Shown here piece by piece: positions 25,685-33,951 of a stretch of 44,332 nucleotides of DNA. The stretch lies in the IMG/VR virus record IMGVR_UViG_3300027640_000006, positions 1 through 44,332 of that record; one strand, 5' to 3'. This stretch comes from a virus. Taxonomy: Duplodnaviria > Caudoviricetes. Within the stretch, counting starts at the first letter, position 1. Each line of letters opens with the position of its first letter. A model generated the notes under the pieces. That model was not told where the DNA came from. It was given only the letters and a program-made list of their open reading frames with translations, and made no database searches. The position numbers were made by a program, and so were the translations under genes.

Positions 25685-27486
25685 CAGAGCACTCTCCTCA
25701 TCGCGCCGCGGCGACCGGTCGAGCGGTCCATCGGGACAGGCGTGAACTCAAACGGGAGCGACGGCCGCGCGATCAGCTCGGCGATGAATGCATAATTGCC
25801 GGCCATGCCGAAGTGGTTCTCGACCGCCTTCGCGTACCGGTGGATCGCTCGCCCTTTCGCGTCGAGGTCCCTCTCCTTTCGGAGATTCTTCATGTGGCGC
25901 TCGAACGTGGTGATGACGTCCGCCTGGTCGCGGCCGAGCCGCTCCTTGTCCGGGATCCGGAGGCCGCGGAATGCGCCTTCCTCGGTCCGCTCGATCATCG
26001 CCGCGGTGAACTCATCGAGCGATTCATCGCGGTTGATCTTTACGCAACGGTACTTGCGCACGTGAGACAGGTCACGGCGGGTCGAACCCTTCGGCTCCTC
26101 GGGCGACTCTTCCTCGATCCGGAGATCGCTCGACTCTACGAAGTCGATCAGTGCGCCCTTCTGGCCGAGCGCATAGACGATCGCGCGCGCATCGGTGACG
26201 AGCGGCTTCTTATCGAAGACGCCGCCCACGACGCCGAGCGCGCTGCAGCGCTGCACAACGACCTGGCGCACGAGATCGCTCGGGATCTCCTCGAGCCAGA
26301 CCAGCCGCGGCCGGCGTGCATCGTCACGCTCGAACACCAGGAAGTGACAGAGATCCCCTCCGAGGTCGAGCCCGGCGAACCGAGGCCGGCCGCTCGTACC
26401 GTGCGCGCTGAGAGAATACGGCTCCCGCATCTCCGCCAGGACTGCATCCGTGATCGGCTGGAGTGCGCCACCATCCGGAATCCCTAGGACGGCCGAGCGG
26501 AACTTTGCCATCTCGCTCCGCTTCCGGAGCGCCTTCTCGACGTAGCGCTTCATGAGGCCATCGAGATCGATCGCGCCGACCGATAGCGCAGAGATTCGGA
26601 ACGAATAGATCCCTTTTGCCGCCTTCTCTGGATACGTCGCCTGCCAGTAGCCGCCCGAGACGTCGATCGGCGATGAGCAGCTCGGGCAGACAATGCGCCA
26701 GTGGCCGCGGATCTCCGCGACGCATTGTGGGATCGCGCTCTTCTGAGTCGCCTCGGCGAATGTCTCCTCGAGACAGATCCCCTTCCGCCGGCACTTCTTC
26801 GCCTGGCAATCGACGAGGAACCGGTGCTGGCTCCCGTTCTGCCAGAGCTGGTCGATGCCGCCGCCGGGCGTGTAGCCGGCGGAGAAGTTGATCCGCAGCC
26901 GAAGGTCGGAATGCGTGAGGCGCCCCTGCGCCCACTCGAGGTTCTCGACCGGGAGCTCGTCGACCTCGTCGTTGAGCAGCGCGTCGAGCGGCTTCGAGAT
27001 CGCACCGAGGCGCGACTCGAGGCCGAGCAGGTAGAGGAAGTGCGCGCCCATCTGCTTGATGACGGCGCGGTTCGTGGCCTCTTTATCCTCCATGAGCGAC
27101 CGGAGGTATTCCGAGCGGGCGATCATCCGCTTGAGGCGGGTGCCGCCGAACTCTGATGCGAAGTTGTTCGTCGGCAGGAAGTAGCCGACGTCGAGCCCGC
27201 GATCGGCGACCAGGTGCGTTGCCAGACCGAGGAGCGTGATCGAGGCGCCGACCTGCTCGGCCTTGAGAATTGAGATCTCGATGTCCTTCCGGCGTTTGGT
27301 CAGAATGTCGTCGAGCAGCGCGAGGATCCCGGCGAACGGCTCATGCCCGGTCAGCGTCCAGGCGCCGCGATCGCCGACGATGTCTTCCTCGAGGAAGCGC
27401 TGAATCGTCGACGGGCGCGCCTTCGGATCGCCTCCGACCGGCATGCTCGCCCGCAGGTCCTTCTCGAAGTCAGCGAGGAAGCTCAT
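25684..27486 (-). CDS. terL: Terminase large subunit (lambda GpA-like ATPase)
   Basis: 600 aa; LKAEQVGAS, YFLPT, LLNDEVDE, Cys-rich insert, AGLDLG, ENHFGMA. Confidence 0.88.
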   Translation of the reverse strand: MSFLADFEKDLRASMPVGGDPKARPSTIQRFLEEDIVGDRGAWTLTGHEPFAGILALLDDILTKRRKDIEISILKAEQVGASITLLGLATHLVADRGLDVGYFLPTNNFASEFGGTRLKRMIARSEYLRSLMEDKEATNRAVIKQMGAHFLYLLGLESRLGAISKPLDALLNDEVDELPVENLEWAQGRLTHSDLRLRINFSAGYTPGGGIDQLWQNGSQHRFLVDCQAKKCRRKGICLEETFAEATQKSAIPQCVAEIRGHWRIVCPSCSSPIDVSGGYWQATYPEKAAKGIYSFRISALSVGAIDLDGLMKRYVEKALRKRSEMAKFRSAVLGIPDGGALQPITDAVLAEMREPYSLSAHGTSGRPRFAGLDLGGDLCHFLVFERDDARRPRLVWLEEIPSDLVRQVVVQRCSALGVVGGVFDKKPLVTDARAIVYALGQKGALIDFVESSDLRIEEESPEEPKGSTRRDLSHVRKYRCVKINRDESLDEFTAAMIERTEEGAFRGLRIPDKERLGRDQADVITTFERHMKNLRKERDLDAKGRAIHRYAKAVENHFGMAGNYAFIAELIARPSLPFEFTPVPMDRSTGRRGAMRRVL

Positions 27487-28097
27487 CGCTTCGCCCCCTC
27501 GGAAGCCTGTTCGATCGCGCGGAGTACTCGACGCAGCGTCTCCGGATCCTTCCGAAGAATCTTCAGCATCTCCTCGCGGATCTGAGCGACGGCGCTCTTC
27601 ACCCCGCGGTTGAATGCGAGCTTCGCGCGCTCACGCGCGGAGGCCGAGGTCTGGAGCCGGTGAAAGAGCGTGAGGAGCGAGACGGCCTTCTCGTCGAACT
27701 CCGCGCCGGCGTTCTCGATCAGGTGCTCGAGGATCTTGGTCTGTGCGAGGTTCGAGGTCGCGGTCTCCACTTCGAGAATCGAGTCGTCGCCGGACGTGTA
27801 GTCCCGCGCCATCTCGGCGATCACGTCCTTCCGCGCCTTCTCGATCTCCCATGCCATCCCCCAGCGCGCGAGCGAGGCCCGGGAGATGTAGTAGCCGGTG
27901 GCCTTGATCTTCTCGAGCTTCTCTTCGAGGGTCAGCTTCGGCCGCTCTAGGTAGAGCTCGACGAGGTACTCCCGGAGGCCGGCCTGCTGGTCGACGGTCG
28001 AATGCCCGCGCCGGCCGCGCACCGGCGGACCGGTCGGAGAGCCGCGCCGCTTCTTCGCCGGCTTCGCTACCGGCTTCTTCCGCGCCTTCGTCGCCAT
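27483..28097 (-). CDS. terS: Terminase small subunit (Mu gp27/DUF3486-like)
   Basis: 204 aa; HSTVDQ...GYYISRASLARWG; directly upstream of terL. Confidence 0.78.
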   Translation of the reverse strand: MATKARKKPVAKPAKKRRGSPTGPPVRGRRGHSTVDQQAGLREYLVELYLERPKLTLEEKLEKIKATGYYISRASLARWGMAWEIEKARKDVIAEMARDYTSGDDSILEVETATSNLAQTKILEHLIENAGAEFDEKAVSLLTLFHRLQTSASARERAKLAFNRGVKSAVAQIREEMLKILRKDPETLRRVLRAIEQASEGAKR

Positions 28098-28945
28098 CAG
28101 GCGTGGCCCCTCCCCGCCCAGTGGCGGATCCGCGCCTCGGCGATGCGGTAGGAGCGCTTCTCGCGCTCGATCCCGACGAAGCGGACCTCTTCGAGGACAG
28201 CCGCGCAGCCGGTCGTGCCGCTCCCGGTGAAGGGGTCGAGGACGACTCCGCCGCGAGGCGTGATGAGCCGGACGAGGTGCCGCATCAGCGCGATCGGCTT
28301 GACGGTGAGATGGTCGTTGTAGCGCGGCTTTGCCGCACCCTTGAGCGACTTGAGGAGCTGCGAGCGACGCTTGCGGATCCCGGCGGCCGAAGTGATCCCC
28401 TCGTCACGCTCCTCAACCGAAGGCTTCGCGATATAGAAGAACCGGCTCGGCCGCATCTTTCCCTTCGTCCAGTCCTCGTCGAGCTGGTCGGCGGCGATCT
28501 CGTCGAGAAGAAGGTTGGAGGGCCAGCGGTCGTTGACGCGCGAGTCCTCGATCCGCAACGGGGCCGCCCGATCGGCACGCTTGTACGCCATGACGATCGG
28601 CTCCCAGGCGGGCTTCAGCTTTGAGCGATGCTTCGGGAAGCCGCTGCCGTAGAGCCAGGCGAGGCAGTCGACGATCTCGAACCCGGCGTCCTCGATGGCC
28701 GCGGTCATCCGGTGATAGGTGCGCGTCCCGCCGAAGGCGAGAAGGTAGGCGCCCGGGCGCGCGACGCGGAGCGCGTCGGACCAGAGCTCGCGGCTGTAGG
28801 CGACGCCGCTCTTATCCCACTTCTTCCCGCAGAGCCCGAGCTCGTAGGGCGGATCCGTCACGATCGCATCGACGCTCTCCGGAGGGAGAACGCTGAGCGC
28901 CGTGGTCGAGTCGGCGTTGATCAGCGTGACGCGGTCACCCTTCAA
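28097..28945 (-). CDS. Orphan DNA methyltransferase (beta class N4/N6)
   Basis: IVTDPPY, WLYGSGFPK, HLTVKP, VLDPFTGSGTT. Confidence 0.93.
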   Translation of the reverse strand: MKGDRVTLINADSTTALSVLPPESVDAIVTDPPYELGLCGKKWDKSGVAYSRELWSDALRVARPGAYLLAFGGTRTYHRMTAAIEDAGFEIVDCLAWLYGSGFPKHRSKLKPAWEPIVMAYKRADRAAPLRIEDSRVNDRWPSNLLLDEIAADQLDEDWTKGKMRPSRFFYIAKPSVEERDEGITSAAGIRKRRSQLLKSLKGAAKPRYNDHLTVKPIALMRHLVRLITPRGGVVLDPFTGSGTTGCAAVLEEVRFVGIEREKRSYRIAEARIRHWAGRGHA

Positions 28946-29249
28946 GATCAGTCTCCCTCACGTCGATCGAATCACCGCCCGGAAGTCGTCGCGCGAGAAG
29001 GATCTGAATCGAGGTGACTTTCTGGAGGAGCTTTTCCTGCCCCTTCTTCATCTCGTCGAGATCGCTTTTCTGGACGTAGTTCCGCGCCAGGTCGAGCTTC
29101 ACCTCTGCGATTTCGCCTTTCACTTCGTCCGCCGCATCCTTCGCCTCAGCGCGAACCGCGCGGCTCGAGAGGTTCACGAGTCCGCCGATCGCTGCCGAAA
29201 GCAGAATTGCAATCAGTCCCCAAACCCACGGTTCCACCCGCGCCCCCAT
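28935..29249 (-). CDS. Membrane protein with coiled coil (holin/antiholin-like)
   Basis: 104 aa; TGATG-coupled; N-terminal TM then LARNYVQKSDL. Confidence 0.7.
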   Translation of the reverse strand: MGARVEPWVWGLIAILLSAAIGGLVNLSSRAVRAEAKDAADEVKGEIAEVKLDLARNYVQKSDLDEMKKGQEKLLQKVTSIQILLARRLPGGDSIDVRETDLEG

Positions 29250-29440
29250 CAAGCCGTAGTCAGCACTGCAATCGCCACCGCCCCCGAAAGGAACGCGAGA
29301 ATCGAAACGAGACACATGAGCGTCCAGCTCACCTTCGAGGAGGTCGCGCGACCGCTGTGCGTTGCGCCTGGCCCCATGTGCCTCGACTCCATTCCGAGGT
29401 CCTCGGACTCCCACCAGTCGAGTCGCGGCAGCGCGTTCAC
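29249..29440 (-). CDS. Small membrane protein
   Basis: 63 aa; GTGA and TGATG overlaps on both sides; C-terminal TM. Confidence 0.55.
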   Translation of the reverse strand: MNALPRLDWWESEDLGMESRHMGPGATHSGRATSSKVSWTLMCLVSILAFLSGAVAIAVLTTA

Positions 29441-29865
29441 CGGGCACCTCCCGGCGAGCGGCGGTCTGCGGCGCTCGGCAGTCGCGGCGCGGGCATGCGC
29501 TCGCGCGGAGCGCCGCGCTCGATCCCGAGGACGCGGTCCCACCAGGCGCGAGTCGGCTTCGCGGTCGTCGCGACGCCGAACTCGTCGGCCAGGAGAAGGA
29601 CCTGGTATTCACCGATGAAAGATCCGTCTGCGCCGCGGCGCGTCACCGTCCGAGCGTCGACGATCCGCGCAGGCGAAATCGTGACGATGGCATGGTGGGC
29701 ACCGAGCGTTTCCACGCGGAGAACCTTCGCGCCGTCCTGCCACGGCGCCCGGAACGCTTCCTCCCCTCGGGTCGGAAGGTCGATCGACTCACTCGCGCCC
29801 AGCACTCCCGCGATCAGGAGGACGCCGAGGGCGAGGACGGCGCGAAGCTTGGTTGATCTGCTCAC
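29437..29865 (-). CDS. Exported hypothetical protein
   Basis: 142 aa; signal-peptide-like N-terminus; GTGA overlap. Confidence 0.65.
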   Translation of the reverse strand: MSRSTKLRAVLALGVLLIAGVLGASESIDLPTRGEEAFRAPWQDGAKVLRVETLGAHHAIVTISPARIVDARTVTRRGADGSFIGEYQVLLLADEFGVATTAKPTRAWWDRVLGIERGAPRERMPAPRLPSAADRRSPGGAR

Positions 29866-30572
29866 GAGCGGCTCCTAGGAATTCCCAGGTCCTCGCGGAA
29901 GAGAGCGAAGGTCGCGTCGCGGTTGGCGCGCGAGAAGTAGCCGGAGTGACCGTAGCCGGGGAACCATCGCGTCACGAACCGGCTCGTGAACGCGGCAGGA
30001 ACGTCCTGCCATCCGCGTCGGCCAAGATCCGAATACGGCCAGGCAAACGGGAGCCGTAGCGGAAAATCGGCTCCGTTGCAGTACGCATAGGCGCGGCCGA
30101 GGACGTTCTCTACCATGAGCTCCAGCAGGCCGGAGCGCTTCACGTCTGGGCTCGTCACGCTCCCGGTCAGCACGATCGAATCTGTGAGGATGCCGCGCTT
30201 CGCGAGCTCGCGGACCGTGCGGATCGCGATGTCGCAGCCGTTCGAATGGGCGACGATGCCGACCCGGAAGTCTTCGAGGCGGCGCGGCGAGCCGACATCT
30301 GCGTGCGCCTGACTGACCCGCCGGCGGTATTCGAACATCTCCGCGATCTCATTCGCGCGAGCTCGCGCGAGGCGGCCGTTGCGAACGAAGTGGTTCCAGA
30401 TCGGGAAGGGTCCCGCGCGATACTCACATTTGAGCATCGTCGCGTCGGTCCCGAGGTACGCGTGAAAGCGATCCGGCCAGCTCACGTCGGTCTGGCCGGT
30501 GAGAATGCCGTGAATCGCCAGCACGAGCGATGGCGCGCTCGCGACCCGCGTCTGCGTGCAGAGAGGCTTCAA
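29862..30572 (-). CDS. Alpha/beta hydrolase
   Basis: LAIHGI, VAHSNG nucleophile elbow, GADFPL, GHSGYF. Confidence 0.8.
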   Translation of the reverse strand: MKPLCTQTRVASAPSLVLAIHGILTGQTDVSWPDRFHAYLGTDATMLKCEYRAGPFPIWNHFVRNGRLARARANEIAEMFEYRRRVSQAHADVGSPRRLEDFRVGIVAHSNGCDIAIRTVRELAKRGILTDSIVLTGSVTSPDVKRSGLLELMVENVLGRAYAYCNGADFPLRLPFAWPYSDLGRRGWQDVPAAFTSRFVTRWFPGYGHSGYFSRANRDATFALFREDLGIPRSRS

Positions 30573-30574
30573 TG

Positions 30575-31396
30575 TCAGTCCCCGCCGGACGGAGCCGGGA
30601 TGATGGGAGTGAGCTCGACCACGCGCGGGCTTCCGCCCGTGCGCCAGGTGACCACGGCGAAGCCGTACACCGGAGAGTCGGACGCGAAGCCGAAGCCGGC
30701 GTATCCGGCCTCGAGCTCGAGCCGGCCAAGCGGCAGCTCGCCCGCGAGCTCGTAAAGGACGAAGCCGTTAGCCGGGACGTTCGTTGACTCGGTACCGGCC
30801 GGCGCGCCGTGCGCGTCGAAGAGTCTCAGCGTGACCGGAGCATCCGTTGTCCCATCGTTGAAGAGCGCGATCGACGTCTTGTAGGTGGCGTCGCTCTGGA
30901 TCGCGTCCGCGCGGAGGCGGAAGGCCGGCATCGCCCACCGCAAGGGCGGAATCACGAAGGCGGCAACGTCGCCGGTATCGGCATCGAGGAACTCGGCCAG
31001 CGTGACGACCGAGAGATCGCCATCGGCGTCCATCGGCGCGAGCCCGGCGTCGCCGGGTGCACAGAGATTGCGGGAGAAGTTCGGCACCGTCGCGAGGGTT
31101 GGCTCGCCGGATCCACCGAGCTTCACTTCGAAGAGCCCTTGAAAACAGTTCGTGTAGCGGAGCCTCGACGGTCCGTTCGCCTGGATGAGGAGGTGCGTCT
31201 GCCAGAGCTCCGTGTCGGCGTAGACCAGTCGAGGCGGGGAAAGCACGATCGACGTCATGCCTTCCACCGCCTGCGGCTCAGCGACGGACGCGCTACCGGC
31301 GAGCGCCGGCGCGGTCACGAGAATCAGAAGAAGGGAGAGCGCGACCGCCCTCCCGAGGAAACCGAAAACCCGATCACACGCGCCCACCCGTCGCAT
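30575..31396 (-). CDS. Secreted beta-rich protein
   Basis: ATG 31396 with GGGAGGGG RBS; signal peptide ending APALA; YKTSIALFN...VTLRLFDAHG. Confidence 0.72.
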   Translation of the reverse strand: MRRVGACDRVFGFLGRAVALSLLLILVTAPALAGSASVAEPQAVEGMTSIVLSPPRLVYADTELWQTHLLIQANGPSRLRYTNCFQGLFEVKLGGSGEPTLATVPNFSRNLCAPGDAGLAPMDADGDLSVVTLAEFLDADTGDVAAFVIPPLRWAMPAFRLRADAIQSDATYKTSIALFNDGTTDAPVTLRLFDAHGAPAGTESTNVPANGFVLYELAGELPLGRLELEAGYAGFGFASDSPVYGFAVVTWRTGGSPRVVELTPIIPAPSGGD

Positions 31397-31490
31397 TCGC
31401 CGCCCCTCCCGTTTGGGTTGCCGGGGTACCGCCAACCGATCAGACCGTTCACACCACGGTCAGCACGTTAGGGCGGAAGCGGGCACATCT

Positions 31491-31553
31491 CCAGCGATAG
31501 AAGTGATCGATGTGATCAATGCGATAGAAGTGATCGATGTGATGGAAGTGATG
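31491..31553. repeat. Seven tandem 9-bp repeats (nnnGYGATn) upstream of late operon
   Basis: CCAGCGATA GAAGTGATC GATGTGATC AATGCGATA GAAGTGATC GATGTGATG GAAGTGATG. Confidence 0.88.
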
Positions 31554-31584
31554 GGCCGATGGCCGGGAAGGCGCCGAGATAGCT

Positions 31585-31803
31585 TCAAGACGCGTGCCGC
31601 TGGAGGTACGTCTCAAACCAGATCGAGGAGATCCGAATAGGGCAGTGGCAGGGCTCTTCGCAGTCAGGCCGCTGGTGAAACTTTCTGGCCGCTATCTCGC
31701 CCGAGGTGATCCGCGCATAGATCGCCGAACGCGAAAGCCCGAGACGGCGGCCGACCGTCTCGGGTGTATAGAACAGCTCGCGTCTGAGATCGCCGAGGTG
31801 CAT
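31585..31803 (-). CDS. Xis/HTH_17-type DNA-binding protein
   Basis: FYTPETVGRRLGLSRSAIYARITSGEIAA...IRI. Confidence 0.8.
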   Translation of the reverse strand: MHLGDLRRELFYTPETVGRRLGLSRSAIYARITSGEIAARKFHQRPDCEEPCHCPIRISSIWFETYLQRHAS

Positions 31804-31842
31804 CTCTATCGAAATTGTAAACGACAGAGAGACACGGAGATT

Positions 31843-32529
31843 TCATTTGGCAGACTGACAGTACATGCCACCCGAGGTGGAACGGGTTAAAACGCCTACC
31901 TCTTTAGGGTGAGCCCACAGCTTTACTTGAGTTATGGTCTTGAAATCCTTCCAAGCTTTCACCGCTGCTAGATCGTCGCAGAGTTTCGCCCGGTCTCGGT
32001 ATTCGAGACTCGACCAATGGGTTGGCTCGATGTAGAGGTTTAGAGTCGATTCATGAATCACCGGCGTGGAAGCGAAAAGCGATGGAGTCCCGCCATAGCC
32101 GACGTTTTCAAGAGATTGAATCAGAGGCTCCAGCTCTCGATGCGTGAGCGTCGGGGAGCTTGCAGTGCTGCCGCGCGAACCACTCGATGACGCTATCCCT
32201 GCGCACGTTGCGACGCCCATGAAAGAAAGCAGGAAGAGGAGGACCACGATGATCAACGGCAGAATAATGAACATCCCGACGCCTAGCTTCACGCCATCTA
32301 CTACTCCGCTTCGCGCTCGCACCCCGGCTACTGCCCCGGCCATCGAAGGAGGAGCCCCGACTGGGCCTCCCCTCAACTCTTCGAGATCGCGCGCATACAT
32401 CCACTTTTGAAACATTGGATGGAAGACGTAAGAGCCGGGGGGAATTTGCCCAGCTGAGTTCCATGATCGCAACTCGCTTAGGTCACGTGCGACGTATTCC
32501 GTTTCCTCAATCCGAACCTTCCACTCCAT
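31843..32529 (-). CDS. Membrane protein co-transcribed with repressor (GYF_2-like N-terminus, one TM)
   Basis: 228 aa; GGAG RBS; ELRSW...GQIPPGSYVFHP...W; TM LGVGMFIILPLIIVVLLFLL. Confidence 0.75.
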   Translation of the reverse strand: MEWKVRIEETEYVARDLSELRSWNSAGQIPPGSYVFHPMFQKWMYARDLEELRGGPVGAPPSMAGAVAGVRARSGVVDGVKLGVGMFIILPLIIVVLLFLLSFMGVATCAGIASSSGSRGSTASSPTLTHRELEPLIQSLENVGYGGTPSLFASTPVIHESTLNLYIEPTHWSSLEYRDRAKLCDDLAAVKAWKDFKTITQVKLWAHPKEVGVLTRSTSGGMYCQSAK

Positions 32530-32540
32530 CGGAGGCTCCT

Positions 32541-33374
32541 TTAGCCGCTGATTTTCGTGAAGTCGATCGTCCGCACCTGCCGCTTGACCACCTTTCGGAC
32601 GATCGCCTGAAGTTCCCAGACGTCTCCAGGCTCGAGCACCACGGGCTCGTATTGCGGGTTACCGGAGATCAGCATCTTTTTCCCTCCGCGACGGTGCCAC
32701 TTCTTGATCACCAGTCCTTCGCCGAAACCTTCCTTTGAGAGCCAGCCGATGACTATCTCTCCATTGGCTGCGACGGTGCGCCGCTCAACGTAGACGATGT
32801 CTCCGTCGTGGATCCCGAACTCCTCCATCGATTCGCCACGCGCCTGAAGCACTGCCCATTTCGGATCCGGCAGTTCATCGGGAGGAATAGAGACCGTCTC
32901 GCCATCATCTTGGTTGAGAAGGTCAATCCCGGCGCCCGCGGCTACATACCCACCGATCGGCACATCAACCCAAGGTGTGAAGGCTCGCTCGTCGACTAGG
33001 GTGAACGGAGCGTCGGGCGGAGGAAACTCGAGAACGTCGCGCTCGGGCGCTTTACGCCGAGCGCTTCTTGCTGGCGGCGACGGAGCATCCAACTCCTTCA
33101 GGAATCTGTCTATCTCGGCTGCCGCTTTCTCGGCTGCGGCACGCGCGCGCGACAAAGAAACTGTTTCAGGAAGAACTAAGGACGAATCGGATCCGAGAGG
33201 GACGGACTTCAGGTTCAGTGCGCCTGCTATCCGACGAATAAAGTCCAGCGAAACGTTCTCTCCCTTTTCGAAGAGATACAGCTGCTTCCGGGAGACTTTG
33301 GCCGCACGCGCGAGTTCGACCTGGGACATCCCGAGCCGCTCGCGTTCCTTCTTGACTGCCTCTCCGGCTTCCAC
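32541..33374 (-). CDS. CI/LexA-like repressor (XRE HTH plus S24 peptidase)
   Basis: RERLGMSQVELA...FEKG; VAAG cleavage site; GESM and VIKK dyad; start uncertain (33374 or 33395). Confidence 0.92.
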   Translation of the reverse strand: MEAGEAVKKERERLGMSQVELARAAKVSRKQLYLFEKGENVSLDFIRRIAGALNLKSVPLGSDSSLVLPETVSLSRARAAAEKAAAEIDRFLKELDAPSPPARSARRKAPERDVLEFPPPDAPFTLVDERAFTPWVDVPIGGYVAAGAGIDLLNQDDGETVSIPPDELPDPKWAVLQARGESMEEFGIHDGDIVYVERRTVAANGEIVIGWLSKEGFGEGLVIKKWHRRGGKKMLISGNPQYEPVVLEPGDVWELQAIVRKVVKRQVRTIDFTKISG

Positions 33375-33376
33375 TG

Positions 33377-33485
33377 TGAGAAGTAAATTACACAACTTCC
33401 CCGGTTCCCCACAAGTGAAAAAGGGTTGACGCCCCTTTCCGACTGTGTAAAATATGACACATGACGATGCGTCATAACTTACGCC
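33377..33485. promoter_or_regulatory. Divergent switch: early promoter and three putative 18-bp operators
   Basis: TTGACG(33426)-16 bp-TAAAAT(33448); related boxes at 33377-33394, 33444-33461 and 33468-33485. Confidence 0.7.
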
Positions 33486-33733
33486 GCCGCCGGGGGGAAC
33501 CCCAGCCTCTGAAGCAACGAATCGTCCGAGACAGGGTCAGCATGTCGCAGTTGGCGCGCGAGTCAGGCTTTTCCCGTCGCCACCTTTATCACGTCCGAGA
33601 CGGTTCAGTAGAGCCAAGCCTGGAATGCGCGGTGGCGGTGACCGATGCCTACCGACGCCTCAAGGGTGATCATTCCATCCAAATATCAGACCTCTTTGTG
33701 ACGCCCCCGGGGAAAAAGCGGAGGGCGTCGTGA
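33461..33733 (+). CDS. Cro/Ner-like HTH regulator
   Basis: VSMSQLARESGFSRRHLYHVRDG..EPS...ISDLF; divergent from the repressor. Confidence 0.82.
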   Translation: MTMRHNLRRRRGEPQPLKQRIVRDRVSMSQLARESGFSRRHLYHVRDGSVEPSLECAVAVTDAYRRLKGDHSIQISDLFVTPPGKKRRAS

Positions 33734-33951
33734 AGAGCCGCGGTACAGCCTTAACCGCAAGGCGCCTCTCCGCGATCGAATTCGCGCTCGACTTTGTGCT
33801 GGCGGGAGACGTTGCCGCCACTCTCGCAGCCGCTCCCGAAATCCGGACAGACGATCTCCAGAAGGCGCTGGACTGGACCTTTGAGCAGCTGGTCCGCCGG
33901 CAGAACCGCACGATCGAGATCGAACAAGTGCGAAAGGCGGCGGTCCGATGA
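33730..33951 (+). CDS. Hypothetical protein
   Basis: 73 aa; GTGA/ATGA overlaps on both sides. Confidence 0.7.
   Translation: MKSRGTALTARRLSAIEFALDFVLAGDVAATLAAAPEIRTDDLQKALDWTFEQLVRRQNRTIEIEQVRKAAVR

Noticed and set aside
31491-31553. Possible mini-CRISPR array
   Set aside because: Contiguous 9-bp units with no unique spacers and no cas genes
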